A stretch of DNA of 64,000 nt from Candidatus Bathyarchaeia archaeon (GCA_050010515.1 JBEKKX010000001.1:1-64000); one strand, 5' to 3'. Positions 1 to 10,615 are shown, numbered from the stretch's first letter. Program-made: numbers and translations. The notes: generated by a model from the sequence alone, not told the origin.

Positions 1-672
1 AATACCATAGGTTTCATTAAACATTTTCTCTATTCGCAACTCGTTCGTATCATACATTATGTGGCAAAACGGACAAATCGTGATTAACGCTTGAGCATCA
101 ACCATTTTTACGTGGTTTAGCTTATCTCTGGCGAGTTGCAGTGCAATTTTGTCGCTGACTCCGACGCTTGGTGCTCCACAGCACTCGGTTTCATCAATGT
201 AGTCTAGGCATGTGGCGCCTGTGGTTTCGATAAGTGTTTTTAGTGTTTGCGGGTCTTCTGGGGCTTTTATTTTTTTTCTAGGTCAACATCTTCCTTAAGC
301 ACTTGCAAGAGGTGTTTTGCTTCTAGTTCCCTTAAATTCCAAGCTTATTTCTTTGAGGTGACTGTTAATTTGTTTTTTAGTGCTTTGTCTTCTTTTAGGA
401 TTTTGTTAACTTTCTCTAATGTGCCGGCGCAACCTGGGCAAAAGGTGAGAATATTTAATCCTTGTTGTTTTGCTAAAGCCAAGTTTTTTGCCGCTAAAAT
501 AAGCATGGTTTCATGGTTCACTGGATCTATCGGTAAACTACAACAGTTGAATTCTGGCATTTCAACCAGTTCAACACCCAGTTTAGCTAAAACCTCGCGA
601 GCGGAAATCTCGTAAGCAGAAACACAATAAGGGATTGCGCATCCGAGGAATATGAGGCATTTTAGTGGGCAC
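1..672 (-). pseudogene. hdrB: Heterodisulfide reductase subunit B-like pseudogene (runs off the window edge)
   Basis: Manual translation gives LIFLGCAIPYCVSAYEISAREVLAKLGVELVEMPEFNCC...LTFCPGC (ORF 345..560), a stop, then ELEAKHLLQVLKED, then in another frame PEDPQTLKTLIETTGATCLDYIDETECCGAP...ITICPFCHIMYD. Both CCG domains are present but broken by stops, frameshifts and loss of the HYGC segment. Confidence 0.8.
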
Positions 673-677
673 GCGGT

Positions 678-810
678 TCACCTGGTTTTTGGATGCCTTC
701 GATGAATTTTACGCCTTTAAGCACTTTTCGCACGTTTTCTGGGTTGCCTTTGGGTAGTGGTGGCAAACATTGTGATTCGCGTTTTTTAACTCTTAACTCG
801 GGAATTTTGT
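678..810 (-). pseudogene. C-terminal fragment of an HdrC-like gene
   Basis: Reads KIPELRVKKRESQCLPPLPKGNPENVRKVLKG directly upstream of the hdrB relic, like the HdrC C-terminal 'RxxLGLPPLP' tail. The Fe-S-binding part is missing. Confidence 0.45.
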
Positions 811-958
811 AAGTGTGCTATGTATGGGTGTTCCAAATATAAATTTAACATTCCCAAGTTTTTGTCAAAATAACCCCGTCCTCATTTTGTTTTTTTTTAG
901 TTATGCAAAAACTTAAAACTACATTGCATAAAAATAAAAGGGTTGAGGGAAAAAGTAT

Positions 959-1177
959 TTGCGCCAGTTGAGTCTTAGAGCAAAAATATTAACAATTATT
1001 TATGGGGTTGAAATCTTCATGATGTTATTACTATATTTTTTAGCAGTGAGCAAATTGATTAGTCCAATTGTTATCCTTTGGGGATTTATAATAATGTTAA
1101 TCAGTTTTGGGCTTTCAGGAATTATTATCGATTACGTTCTTAAGAAAGGCATACCTCAAAAAACATTTCCAGCTTAA
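959..1177 (+). CDS. Small hypothetical membrane protein (2 predicted TM helices)
   Basis: 72-aa ORF with two hydrophobic stretches, AT-rich, purine-rich sequence before the TTG. Confidence 0.45.
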   Translation: MRQLSLRAKILTIIYGVEIFMMLLLYFLAVSKLISPIVILWGFIIMLISFGLSGIIIDYVLKKGIPQKTFPA

Positions 1178-1253
1178 TTCATTAGACTAAAGCCAGAACC
1201 TTCTGAAATGTTAATACCAAAAAGATGGTTTTACTATTCAGCCACATTTGCCC

Positions 1254-1535
1254 TTACATTTCTTCTAATTCTTCTTTAGGATGTACCCTGATGACTTCAT
1301 TGATGGATTCAACGAGGAAACCTAATTGTTCAAGCTTCTTGGACAAGTATTCTTTATTTGGCGCCTCAACCTCAACAATGACTTTTCCCTTTGCTGGCGG
1401 TGAACAACAATAACATGCAGTCACTTGGACGTCGTCAACCCCTGCATCCTTCAAAATTTTTGGAAGACCCTCTACGCATGCCATTACATCCATTTCCGTG
1501 GAAGGGATTCCTGAATATACAACAAATTTTGTCAC
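1254..1535 (-). CDS. Small alpha/beta protein with a CYCC motif (possibly DUF4242/ferredoxin-like fold, metal-binding)
   Basis: 93 aa; GTG start after a GGGG RBS and TATA-like TTATAA; pattern KVIVEVEAPNKE...VESINEV resembles small dimeric alpha+beta barrel proteins. Confidence 0.55.
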   Translation of the reverse strand: MTKFVVYSGIPSTEMDVMACVEGLPKILKDAGVDDVQVTACYCCSPPAKGKVIVEVEAPNKEYLSKKLEQLGFLVESINEVIRVHPKEELEEM

Positions 1536-2266
1536 GGCACCCCCTTTTTATATCAGTCCTTTATAAGTTTTTAGCACATTCGGCTCCCAATTGAAACCAA
1601 AAGTGGGTCGCATCAACTATCAGCATTCCAGAATTCGATCTCGAACTGTGTTGCAATGATATCTCGAGCTACGGCGGTTTTCCCTAAAATTTGGTGGAAA
1701 ACGAGCATATGGATCCCTTTTTTCGTAAATTAGTCTCCCAGTGCGTTTCATCTCCTCAAGGACGAGCGCGCGCGAGTTCGGGTTTTAGTGTTTATGGAGT
1801 AATGGCACCTTTTACTTTTAACTTTTCTACTGAGCAGGAAAACGCCGATAACAAGACCCATTGCGCCCGCGGCTGTGCTTCTAATCATGTTGGACATGTG
1901 TCAGATTTATCCCCGTCTTCCGTGTCCCTGACGTTGATTTTTGTCGCTGACATTCTTGGAACAGCTTTTTCCCTCATTATGCCTTGTACGCTGTTTACAA
2001 TCGTTCCTAGTGGCAAAACCAGTTCTCCCTCTACTTTAACTACTGTTTTCTATGACCAGAATGGATGTCTAAAGGGAACAGTCCGGTCCAACTCTGGGAA
2101 TAAAAGTGAAGGCGTACAATGAAAAAGGCGCGCGCGAAAGATAAGAATACTGAAGTCCGTAAAGGTCTGCGGATGTATTTTAGGATTTTTTACTGAGAAG
2201 TGGAAAAGGGAGAGAGCAAACCTTCTGTCTTGCTGTCTGTGATTTTCTCCACGTGTTTTTTGGAGG

Positions 2267-3679
2267 TTAGAGTGATTCACAAGAAATGAATTGTTTGTTG
2301 GTCTCTTCCAGCCAAGGATACAGTTTCCTGAGTTTTTCCATTGATTCCGCAACTTTTTCTGCAGGATACTCGTACGGGAGCAGTTTACCGTTGAAGTATT
2401 CATCGTAGGCTTTCATGTCAAAATAGCCGTGGCCACATAGCGCGAAGAGAATAACTTTCTCTTCACCGGTCTCTTTGCATCTTAGTGCGTCATCGATGAC
2501 GGCTTTGATAGCGTGAGATGGTTCGGGAGCTGGTATTATGCCTTCGCTCTGAATGAAGATCTTGGCTGCGTCGAAGACCTCTACCTGGTTGTAGGCTATT
2601 GTATGCAATTTCTTCTCGCTATATAGTAGACTTATGGTTGGAGCAATGCCGTGGTAGCGTAGACCTCCGGCATGGACTGCCGCTGGTATAAAGTCATGAC
2701 CCAAGGTATGCATTGGAACAAGTGGGGTTATCCTTGCCGTGTCCCCGTGATCATAGACGTATTCTCCTTTCGTAACTTTGGGACAGGCTGTGGCTTCTAA
2801 AGCGATAAATTGTGTGTCTTTTGGCGCTTTTCCAGCGACTTTATCATGGTAGAATGGCCAGAAGAGACCGGAGAAACTGCTACCGCCGCCGATGCAGCCG
2901 TACACTACGTCAGGATAGTCACCTGCTATTTCGAGCTGTTCCTTAGTTTCTAAGCCTTCAACTGTCTGATGCATTAGGACATGGTTAAAAACGCTTCCTA
3001 TGGTGTAGTTGGCTTCCTTTTCATTAACGAGTGCATCCTCAACGGCTTCGCTTATTGCGATTCCCAAGCTGCCGTTGCTGTCAGGGTCACTTTCCAGAAT
3101 TTTTCTGCCACTTTCAGTTTGTTTGCTGGGGCTTGCATAGCAACTTGCCCCGAAAGCTTCCATCATCATTTTTCTGTAGGGCTTTTGGTCGTAACTCGCT
3201 CTGACCATGTAAACAGTAGCTTTTAAGCCAAACATCCTTGCGGCGAAGGCAAGAGCGGATCCCCATTGTCCAGCCCCTGTTTCTGTAGTCAGACGTTCTG
3301 TACCTTCTTTCATGTTATAGTATGCTTGTGGGACGGCGCTGTTAGGTTTGTGACTTCCTGCAGGACTGACTCCCTCGTATTTGTAATAGATTTTAGCGGG
3401 CGTCTTCAGAGCCTTTTCCAGTCCGATAGCCCTGAAGAGTGGGGTGGGTCTCCAAATTCTGTAGACATCTCTTACGTCCTCGGGGATGTCGATCCATCGA
3501 TCCTTGCTAATTTCTTGGCGGATAATCTCCTTGGGGAATATTCTTGGAACGATTCCGACGCCAGGAGCTCTTGTCTCTGGTTCTATGAACGGAGGAAGTG
3601 GTTTAGGCAGGTCAGGAGTTATGTTATACCACTGCTTGGGTATAGATTCCTCGTCCAGAATTATTTTTCTGTTGGTCAT
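2267..3679 (-). CDS. trpB2: Tryptophan synthase beta chain, stand-alone TrpB2 type
   Basis: [14 protein letters not shown] (PLP Lys), [29 protein letters not shown] and LCGHG motifs. Confidence 0.95.
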   Translation of the reverse strand: MTNRKIILDEESIPKQWYNITPDLPKPLPPFIEPETRAPGVGIVPRIFPKEIIRQEISKDRWIDIPEDVRDVYRIWRPTPLFRAIGLEKALKTPAKIYYKYEGVSPAGSHKPNSAVPQAYYNMKEGTERLTTETGAGQWGSALAFAARMFGLKATVYMVRASYDQKPYRKMMMEAFGASCYASPSKQTESGRKILESDPDSNGSLGIAISEAVEDALVNEKEANYTIGSVFNHVLMHQTVEGLETKEQLEIAGDYPDVVYGCIGGGSSFSGLFWPFYHDKVAGKAPKDTQFIALEATACPKVTKGEYVYDHGDTARITPLVPMHTLGHDFIPAAVHAGGLRYHGIAPTISLLYSEKKLHTIAYNQVEVFDAAKIFIQSEGIIPAPEPSHAIKAVIDDALRCKETGEEKVILFALCGHGYFDMKAYDEYFNGKLLPYEYPAEKVAESMEKLRKLYPWLEETNKQFISCESL

Positions 3680-3725
3680 TCAATCTGTTCCCCTATTTTA
3701 CGTGCTGGGAAGCGTACTTAAACGT

Positions 3726-3757
3726 CATATTTAAGCGTTTACGTACATATTTGTACA
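3726..3757 (-). promoter_or_regulatory. trpB2 promoter: TATA-like TTAAATAT preceded by paired TRP-box-like elements TGTACA-N4-TGTACG
   Basis: On + strand CGTACA (3742-3747), tatt, TGTACA (3752-3757); TATA-like element at about 3727-3734, roughly 50 nt upstream of the ATG. Confidence 0.5.
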
Positions 3758-4175
3758 TGAAATACGCAGAGCGCGCGCTTTAGCATGGCTTTCTTTCCAA
3801 TGCGCTTTAGTGCTTTAGTACTTTCTCCAATTCCTAAAGATCACCTGCCAACTAAACTAGGAACCCCCACTCGCGCGATGCCCATTAACTTTCCAATCAC
3901 GATCATAACTACAGCAAAAACCAAAAGTCTCGTATCATGAATGGGGAAATATCAGTACAAATCAAAGATAGAAAATATCAATCAATCGACAAAAGAAGTA
4001 ACCAAGAGGTAGTCTATTTTGCAGAAATAGAGCAGAAAAGCGGCCAGATTCGTGAAAGGCTTCAATGCGTATTTTTGCCATTAAAATGCGCGTGGGATAT
4101 TCCTCAGTCCTTAATTGAAGGTTGAGTAAATCCAGAACTCCATTCTGTGCGCGAAAAAGTTGGAGGAGTCAGAAC

Positions 4176-4195
4176 GAAAAGAAGAAAAAAGAAAA
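4176..4195 (-). terminator. T-rich archaeal terminator candidate
   Basis: The T-rich tract TTTTCTTTTTTCTTCTTTT follows the acyl-CoA dehydrogenase stop on the minus strand. Confidence 0.4.
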
Positions 4196-5416
4196 TTACT
4201 TATATGGTATGAATTCCTTTCCAAGGAGTTCTCTGCCTATGATTATGCGTTGGATGTTTAAAGCGCCTTCTGCTCCGACACAGTAGGACATGATTCCGCG
4301 CCAAGCCATGTCGATGGGGCATTCTTGCGAGTAACCATACGCTCCCATCCAGATCATCGCGTGCTCCGCTATGTGCATCGCCAGCGGCGGTACCTTCAGC
4401 TTGCAGGCAGACACGTATTTCGTTACTTCCAGCGGCGAGAACTTGTTGTGCTTGTATTTTTCGTCGATCATCCAAGCCGTACGGTAGATCAGCGCCCTTG
4501 ACGCTTCTAGCTCTGTCCAATCATCTGCCAGCTCGAACTGTATCCCCTCAAACTTGCCGATCGGGCTGCCGAACGCCTTTCGCTGTTTCATGTAGTCCAT
4601 GCCTATTTCCAGTATTCTTTGAGCCGAGCCGAGACACGTTGCGGCTATCAAAATACGAGCGCCTTCGAACCCTTCCATCGTCGGGTAGAATCCTTCGCCC
4701 TCCTTGCCTAGTCTGTATGTGTCTGGAACTTTGACGTTCTTCATGGTGAATCCGCCGGTTGAAATTCCCATTCGGCCCACATCGTCAAAGCGTTTGGCAA
4801 CCTCAACTCCTGGAGTGTTGATCGGTACGAAGAATCCGGTTATGCCTTTGTGGGCTGCCTGCGGAGATGGTGCTGGAGCAGTGCGCGCGGTTATCCAATA
4901 TCCTCCTCCGAGTTTTTGAACCTCTTCTGTGCCGCTTATGTACATTTTTTCGCCGTTTATAATCCAGTCGTTTCCATCCTTTTTGGCCACGGTTCTGAGT
5001 GCTCCGATGTCCGATCCTCCTCCGGACTCGGTCGTGGCAATGCCGACGAATCCTTCTCCTCTTATGGCGGGCTGAACGAATTTGGTCCTGATTTCTTCAG
5101 ACGCATATTTGTCAACGACGAAACCCCAACTTGAGTGCAATAGAAAATAAACGGGTATGGCGCAACTGATGTCATGGTAAGCCAATTCCTCGGCTGTAAT
5201 GCAGGCAGTCACCCAATCCGCTCCTGATCCCCCGTGGTTTTCGGGTGCAGTCATTATTAAAAGTCCCATGTCCCCCATTGCCTTGATCAGTCCTTCTGGC
5301 TGTTTGCCGGATTTGTCCATCTGACGGATCACTTCCAAAGGCAGGCGCTTCTGGCACCATTCGTGTACGGTTTGACGGAACAATTGCTGTTCTTCGGTAT
5401 AATCAAAACTTACCAT
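4196..5416 (-). CDS. Acyl-CoA dehydrogenase (possibly cyclohexanecarboxyl-/pimeloyl-/glutaryl-CoA type)
   Basis: TESGGGSD, INGEKMYIS, RKAFGSPIGKFEGIQF, GAYGY and GAEGALNIQR motifs; divergent from oah. Substrate is inferred from context only. Confidence 0.9.
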   Translation of the reverse strand: MVSFDYTEEQQLFRQTVHEWCQKRLPLEVIRQMDKSGKQPEGLIKAMGDMGLLIMTAPENHGGSGADWVTACITAEELAYHDISCAIPVYFLLHSSWGFVVDKYASEEIRTKFVQPAIRGEGFVGIATTESGGGSDIGALRTVAKKDGNDWIINGEKMYISGTEEVQKLGGGYWITARTAPAPSPQAAHKGITGFFVPINTPGVEVAKRFDDVGRMGISTGGFTMKNVKVPDTYRLGKEGEGFYPTMEGFEGARILIAATCLGSAQRILEIGMDYMKQRKAFGSPIGKFEGIQFELADDWTELEASRALIYRTAWMIDEKYKHNKFSPLEVTKYVSACKLKVPPLAMHIAEHAMIWMGAYGYSQECPIDMAWRGIMSYCVGAEGALNIQRIIIGRELLGKEFIPYK

Positions 5417-5812
5417 CAGATTTTTCTCCTTTTTGACATTCTCAGTGGCTAAACCTTTTCTCAGATTGCAATATAAGAGTTTAGATGGTCGAACAAGCTT
5501 GTTCTATCTAGCTAACAAAAGATAAGAAAGTGGAGAATCGCCCTAAAAGAGAAATACTCTAGCCATAAGCCGGCGTCTGTGACCGTTCACAATTTCCTAT
5601 AGACAAGCCACAGTGCTGAAACTTGGAATTCTGTCCAGACCTTTCTTGAAGCAGACGACATAATTGATTACTACGACCGCCGTAATGGACGAATTGCACG
5701 AATCGCCAAACGCACGCGACGCTCGATAGATCGGCAAATTCTTATAATGAATACCATTCACATAAGCATAAATCGAAGAGGAGATAAATTTAGTAGAAAG
5801 GAGAAATGAGTT

Positions 5813-6967
5813 GTGGGATTGAATTGGTTACCCAGAGACGATAAAATCAAGAACCACGCGTTGCACACCGATATACATTGGGGCAAACAAGCGCCCTGCA
5901 CTGTATACGAGAAACGACCATTAACAGATACTCAGGGAAAATCAATTGACGATTTGTATGTAGCGTGGATTGTTCTAAACAATCCTCTACAATACAATTC
6001 TTACACTACGGAAATGGTAAAAGGTGTAATAGCCGGTTTTGAAAACGCATCACTAGACCGAAGTGTCGTAGCAGTTGTCTTCACAGGAGAAGGAAACACA
6101 GCGTTCTGTACAGGGGGAAATACAAAGGAATACGCTGAGTACTATAGCAAGAGACCTAGTGAGTACGGTGAATACATGGATTTGTTCAATCACATGATCG
6201 ACTCTGTACTCGCGTGCAAAAAGCCCGTGATCAACCGAATAAACGGTATGCGTATAGCTGGAGGACAAGAACTCGGAACGGCTTGCGATATTTCTATTGC
6301 GTCGGACCTAGCCGTTTTCGGACAGGCCGGCCCAAGACATGGTTCTTCACCAGATGGTGGAGCGACTGATTTTCTGCCTTCCTACTTGGGAATTGAAGAT
6401 GCCATGTGGAACTGCGTATCATGTGAGACTTGGAGTGCCTACAAAATGAAAAGATTAGGCTTAATAAGCAAAGTTACTCCAGTGATTAACGATAACTGCA
6501 AATGGGTGCGCAACCCAACTGTCATAACTGATAGGTATGTGGATGACGGCGAACTTGTGTATGGCGAGTTTAAGATAGGAGTAGAATATGAAAAGGCCAA
6601 CGCCGACGTTAAAGAAGCAAGAGAACAAAACAAGATTAGCCTTGAATTATTGGATAAAGAGGTGGACAAACTAGTTTGGGTATTAGTCAATCTCTTCCCG
6701 GGATGCCTCGCAAAGGCAATAGACAGTATACGGGCAAAAAAGAAATTCTACTGGGACATGGTGAAGAACTACAACCGACACTGGTTAGCAGTCAACATGA
6801 ATTATGAGGCCTTCGCAGGATTCCAAGCCTTCAACACAAGAAAAATCACGGGCAAAGACACAATCAATTTCCTCAAGTTCAGACAATTGATCGCTCAAGG
6901 CAAACTCGCCGAAGATGAGATGTACGATGCCGTATTGGCCAAACCCAAGAGCCAGCAGACCAAATAA
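5813..6967 (+). CDS. oah: 6-oxocyclohex-1-ene-1-carbonyl-CoA hydrolase (Oah/BamA), crotonase family
   Basis: Characteristic LNNPxQYNSYTTEMVKGVI, AFCTGGNTKEYAEYY, NGMRIAGGQE and GQAGPRHGSSPDGGATDFLP segments. Confidence 0.92.
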   Translation: MGLNWLPRDDKIKNHALHTDIHWGKQAPCTVYEKRPLTDTQGKSIDDLYVAWIVLNNPLQYNSYTTEMVKGVIAGFENASLDRSVVAVVFTGEGNTAFCTGGNTKEYAEYYSKRPSEYGEYMDLFNHMIDSVLACKKPVINRINGMRIAGGQELGTACDISIASDLAVFGQAGPRHGSSPDGGATDFLPSYLGIEDAMWNCVSCETWSAYKMKRLGLISKVTPVINDNCKWVRNPTVITDRYVDDGELVYGEFKIGVEYEKANADVKEAREQNKISLELLDKEVDKLVWVLVNLFPGCLAKAIDSIRAKKKFYWDMVKNYNRHWLAVNMNYEAFAGFQAFNTRKITGKDTINFLKFRQLIAQGKLAEDEMYDAVLAKPKSQQTK

Positions 6968-7263
6968 CGCGCACAATTGCACGATCAACAAACGCATTTC
7001 AGCGCTTACTTTCCAGGCAGCAAAACATCATCAAGCGCGCGAACCGATTGTAGCGCGCATGCCTATGTGAAGCCCTTATTTATTCTTTTCTTTCCAAATT
7101 GTCTCCCCATTTTCTTTTCTTTCCTCTTACGTCGACGAAGGGCACGCGCCTATTCGCCGACAACCGCGGTCTTATGGCTTCTACGCATCCAGACCCTCCT
7201 CAATCGTGTTAGCGCGCACATAAGTTGAATCCTTATTCACGTCCAAACCACAAACAAAAGTGC

Positions 7264-7893
7264 TCATAACATGGCATGGTGTGGGAAGTGTTTTACGCAA
7301 GAAGCGTTTAATTCCCGATATCCGAGATCAAATGCTTTTATGTTGATGTCAGCGGCTTTTGGAAATAGATCCATGATTGCTTTCCGCAACAAGTCCTTTT
7401 TCAACGGGAAGCCTGTAATTCCAGCTAATGCACCAATCATTACGACGTTCATAGTGCGGGGATCACCTGCCTTTTTTGCAAGTTTCAAAGCGTCTAAGAC
7501 AAAAACGTTTTTTGTGAAGCCTTTTGTGATGGCTAACACTTTTTCTTCATCCGGGTACTGATCACCTTTTGCTGATAATCCTGGTGGAACCATTCTGTAA
7601 CTATTCATCAGGATGGTACTTTCTGGCGAAACTTTCTTCAGGGCTCGCAGGGTTTCGGCAAGTTCAAGGCTTAACAAGACGTTAGCTTTCAGATCCATTA
7701 TTATTGGCCCAAACACCTTGTCGCCAATTCTGACATCGCAGTTTACGACTCCACCGCGCTGTGCTAGACCATGAATTTCTCCAACCCTAACTTTTTCTCC
7801 TTGCCTAACAGCTGCCTCCCCAAGTACTGCCGCAGCCGTCAGCAGACCGGTGCCGCCTACTCCGACTATAGAAACGTTATATTCAGATATCAT
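7264..7893 (-). CDS. iorB: Indolepyruvate/arylpyruvate:ferredoxin oxidoreductase beta subunit
   Basis: GVGGTG, EIHGLAQRGGVV, NVVMIGAL; ATG at 7893 overlaps the iorA stop (ATGA). Confidence 0.9.
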   Translation of the reverse strand: MISEYNVSIVGVGGTGLLTAAAVLGEAAVRQGEKVRVGEIHGLAQRGGVVNCDVRIGDKVFGPIIMDLKANVLLSLELAETLRALKKVSPESTILMNSYRMVPPGLSAKGDQYPDEEKVLAITKGFTKNVFVLDALKLAKKAGDPRTMNVVMIGALAGITGFPLKKDLLRKAIMDLFPKAADINIKAFDLGYRELNASCVKHFPHHAML

Positions 7894-9788
7894 CCCGACG
7901 TCACGCCTATGGCTTTCTGAGGGCATATTTGCATGCATACTCCGCAGACTGTTCCGTCGCATTGCACTGGATCTATTATTATTTTCTTACCAGACCATGA
8001 GATTGCTGGGCATCCGAGCGTTGAAACACAAACGCCGCATCCTGTGCATCTTTCATTGTCAACCTCACATGGGACTATTTTCTGTCCTTCTTTCCTTTTC
8101 TTAGCAATGGCCAATAATGCACATTCCCTTCGAGAAATAATCACCGCCACACCATCATAGGTGAGAGCCTCCCTGAACGTTTTCACTGCTTCCTTGACGA
8201 AGAATGGGTCAATCACCTTCACGAATTTGGCTCCGCAGCCTTTGGCAACTTCTTCTGGCCTTATCTTTTCTGTCGTACCTCGGTTGGTGACGCCTGTTCC
8301 GGGGTGGGGCTGTTGACCGGTCATAGCGGTTGTTTCATTATCTAATATTGCGTAAACGAATTTGTGATTGTTGTAGATACTGTTGATTAATGCTGGTACT
8401 CCTGAATGGAAAAAAGTTGAATCGCCCAAAGTTGCAACAATTGGTTGATCAGTTACTATGGAGAAGCCCGAAGCCATACCAACGCCTGAACCCATGCAAA
8501 AAACCGTGTCAGTCTCCAGCGGAGGCATAGAGACTATCCCGTAACAGCCGATGTCGTTGGGATAGAGGGCCTTTCCTCCAGTAGCAACTCTAATGGCATA
8601 GAAGGTCGCTCTGTGCGGACATCCAGGACACAACACGGGTGGACGCTTGGGTAGAACAGATTTAACCTTCTCAAACTCTTGATCAACTCTTTGAAAATCA
8701 AAAGGCACTTTTTTTCCTGCTGCCTTGGCAAGTCCTTCAAGAACCAATCGTGGATCCAGCTCACCGAACCTTGGAAAAAGACCATCTCTCTTAGCTAATA
8801 TCTTAGCATTGATGCCATATTCGTTGGCTGTGGCTTTGACAAAGTGTTCAAGGTATGGCTCAAGTTCCTCAATTACTATGACATTGTCATGATTAGCCAA
8901 GAACCTAGCGATTTTTCCTTCAGGAAGCGGGTTTGTCATACCCAATTTCAAGATCTCGAAGTTCAAGTCCAACTCATTTAGAGCTTCCTTGACATAATTG
9001 TAGGAAACTCCAGATGTGATTATTCCAAAATCCTTGCTTCCGGAATCTTCGCCCTCAACAAATGTTAAGTTTGTTTCTTCAGCAATTCTCTTGGCTCGCT
9101 CAAATCGCTGCAATAATATTTCGTGTCTCTTTTTAGCAACTGTAGGCGAGAGGATAAACCTGTCAGCCTGTTTCTTGAAAGCCCCTGAAAGTTTTGGCGC
9201 AGTTAGAGTCCCCAAAGTGACATTTCCACTCGTATGATTCACCCGCGTTGTAGTTCGGACAATCACTGGTTCGTTAAGCTGCTCGCTGATTTTGTAGCCT
9301 TCTACCACCATGTCTTTGGCCTCTTGCGGTGTTGAAGGCTCCAACATTGGCAAAGTGGCAAGATTGCTGTAGCAACGGTTGTCTTGTTCGTTCTGGCTTG
9401 ACCAGGGGCCTACATCATCTGCTGAAAGGACAATCATTCCTGCGTCAACACCGACGTACGCAAAGCACATAAGCGCATCAATGGAAACGTTCAAGCCAAC
9501 GTGTTTTGTTGGCGTGAAGGATCTAACACCCGATAAGGCGGCCGCCCCTGCAACCTCCATTGCCACCTTTTCATTTGTGGAGAATTCCATGTAGAATTTT
9601 CGTATTGGCGCACATTGATACAGTGCGTCACTGATCTCAGAGCTTGGTGTCCCTGGATATGCCGAGACTACCCCGACGCCTGATTCGATCACTCCGCGCA
9701 CTATGGCTTCGTTTGCAAGCATGAAAAAATCCTTCCCTGGAAGGTCTATCAACAATTTCTCAGTCAAGTTCAACGATATCCACCGCAA
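7890..9788 (-). CDS. iorA: Indolepyruvate/arylpyruvate:ferredoxin oxidoreductase alpha subunit
   Basis: YPGTPSSEI, NEKVAME, KHVGLNV, SSQNEQDNR, RPPVLCPGCPHR, DIGCY, GDSTFFHSG, TAMTGQQPHP and a C-terminal ferredoxin domain. True start may be a few codons downstream. Confidence 0.95.
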   Translation of the reverse strand: MRWISLNLTEKLLIDLPGKDFFMLANEAIVRGVIESGVGVVSAYPGTPSSEISDALYQCAPIRKFYMEFSTNEKVAMEVAGAAALSGVRSFTPTKHVGLNVSIDALMCFAYVGVDAGMIVLSADDVGPWSSQNEQDNRCYSNLATLPMLEPSTPQEAKDMVVEGYKISEQLNEPVIVRTTTRVNHTSGNVTLGTLTAPKLSGAFKKQADRFILSPTVAKKRHEILLQRFERAKRIAEETNLTFVEGEDSGSKDFGIITSGVSYNYVKEALNELDLNFEILKLGMTNPLPEGKIARFLANHDNVIVIEELEPYLEHFVKATANEYGINAKILAKRDGLFPRFGELDPRLVLEGLAKAAGKKVPFDFQRVDQEFEKVKSVLPKRPPVLCPGCPHRATFYAIRVATGGKALYPNDIGCYGIVSMPPLETDTVFCMGSGVGMASGFSIVTDQPIVATLGDSTFFHSGVPALINSIYNNHKFVYAILDNETTAMTGQQPHPGTGVTNRGTTEKIRPEEVAKGCGAKFVKVIDPFFVKEAVKTFREALTYDGVAVIISRRECALLAIAKKRKEGQKIVPCEVDNERCTGCGVCVSTLGCPAISWSGKKIIIDPVQCDGTVCGVCMQICPQKAIGVTSG

Positions 9789-9820
9789 TTTGGTCTCTTA
9801 ATGAAAAAGCAAACTGAATT

Positions 9821-10021
9821 CTAGAACGTTACCACCCTGATTTTAAGTGCTTTGTCAGGGCATCGCACGCAACATTCGCCACAATCCTCACACAAGAATT
9901 CAGTCACCGCGATCTGTTTATCTCTTTGCGAAATCGCGGTCGTAGGGCAGTTGTCGATGCAAATCGGTTTATCATATGCACCACATTTCTTGCATTTCAC
10001 TAGATCTATTTCAACCACCAT
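9821..10021 (-). CDS. 2x[4Fe-4S]-type ferredoxin
   Basis: CKKC-x7-CIDNCP and CEDCGECCVRCP; GGAGGTG RBS before the ATG at 10021. Confidence 0.85.
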   Translation of the reverse strand: MVVEIDLVKCKKCGAYDKPICIDNCPTTAISQRDKQIAVTEFLCEDCGECCVRCPDKALKIRVVTF

Positions 10022-10061
10022 GTAATACTTCACCTCCACGAGTTTCCGCGCACAAATTTTT

Positions 10062-10601
10062 CTATTTCTCTTCCAAGGTTAGACTCAGACGTCTCACACA
10101 TATTCCATGTCCTCGCGGTATAGCTTTAGTTGTCTCCAACTTGATTCTCGTGTTGAAAAACTTGTTTACGTCCTCTATTACAGTTTGGAACCATTTGTCG
10201 CATCCTAAGACATCTTCTTCCATAGGAACATTATAACGGCGGGCAAACTCAGGCCACGGGCATCGGTCCCACTGAACGAATACTTCGTTCGGTTTTTCTC
10301 CTTTCACAACCCTGGCAGTTTCGCCCATCATAGTAGAACTGAAGACAATTGCCTTGGCCACGTCCTCAAGAAAGGTCTTGCTATTTTTGTCAAGCATGTT
10401 AAAGTAGCCATTTGCCGTATCATGACCGGATATTTCCCATGCCCTTAGGACAAGATCTAGGGCTGTTACACCCGGGCGGGCATATTCCAACGCAGCTTGC
10501 CGCCATTCATACCATGATGCCCTGTTTATGTTTGAGTTGGCATTAAACCTTGATAGGAGATTTCTTAACTCGTTTTCACATGAAAATTCAGTCAACTTCA
10601 T
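10062..10601 (-). CDS. Hypothetical protein, V4R / ATC-hydrolase-like small-ligand-binding fold
   Basis: RCPWPEF...GCDKWF...IPRGHGIC Cys pattern typical of V4R-like domains; GAGGTG RBS; lies within an operon. Confidence 0.6.
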   Translation of the reverse strand: MKLTEFSCENELRNLLSRFNANSNINRASWYEWRQAALEYARPGVTALDLVLRAWEISGHDTANGYFNMLDKNSKTFLEDVAKAIVFSSTMMGETARVVKGEKPNEVFVQWDRCPWPEFARRYNVPMEEDVLGCDKWFQTVIEDVNKFFNTRIKLETTKAIPRGHGICVRRLSLTLEEK

Positions 10602-10615
10602 TCACCTCGATTAAT

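Noticed and set aside
1691-2122. 143-aa plus-strand ORF and the opposite-strand frames
   Set aside because: No recognisable motif in any frame I translated; probably non-coding or heavily decayed.
3937-4125. 62-aa ORF between trpB2 and the acyl-CoA dehydrogenase
   Set aside because: No motif or clear translation signals.
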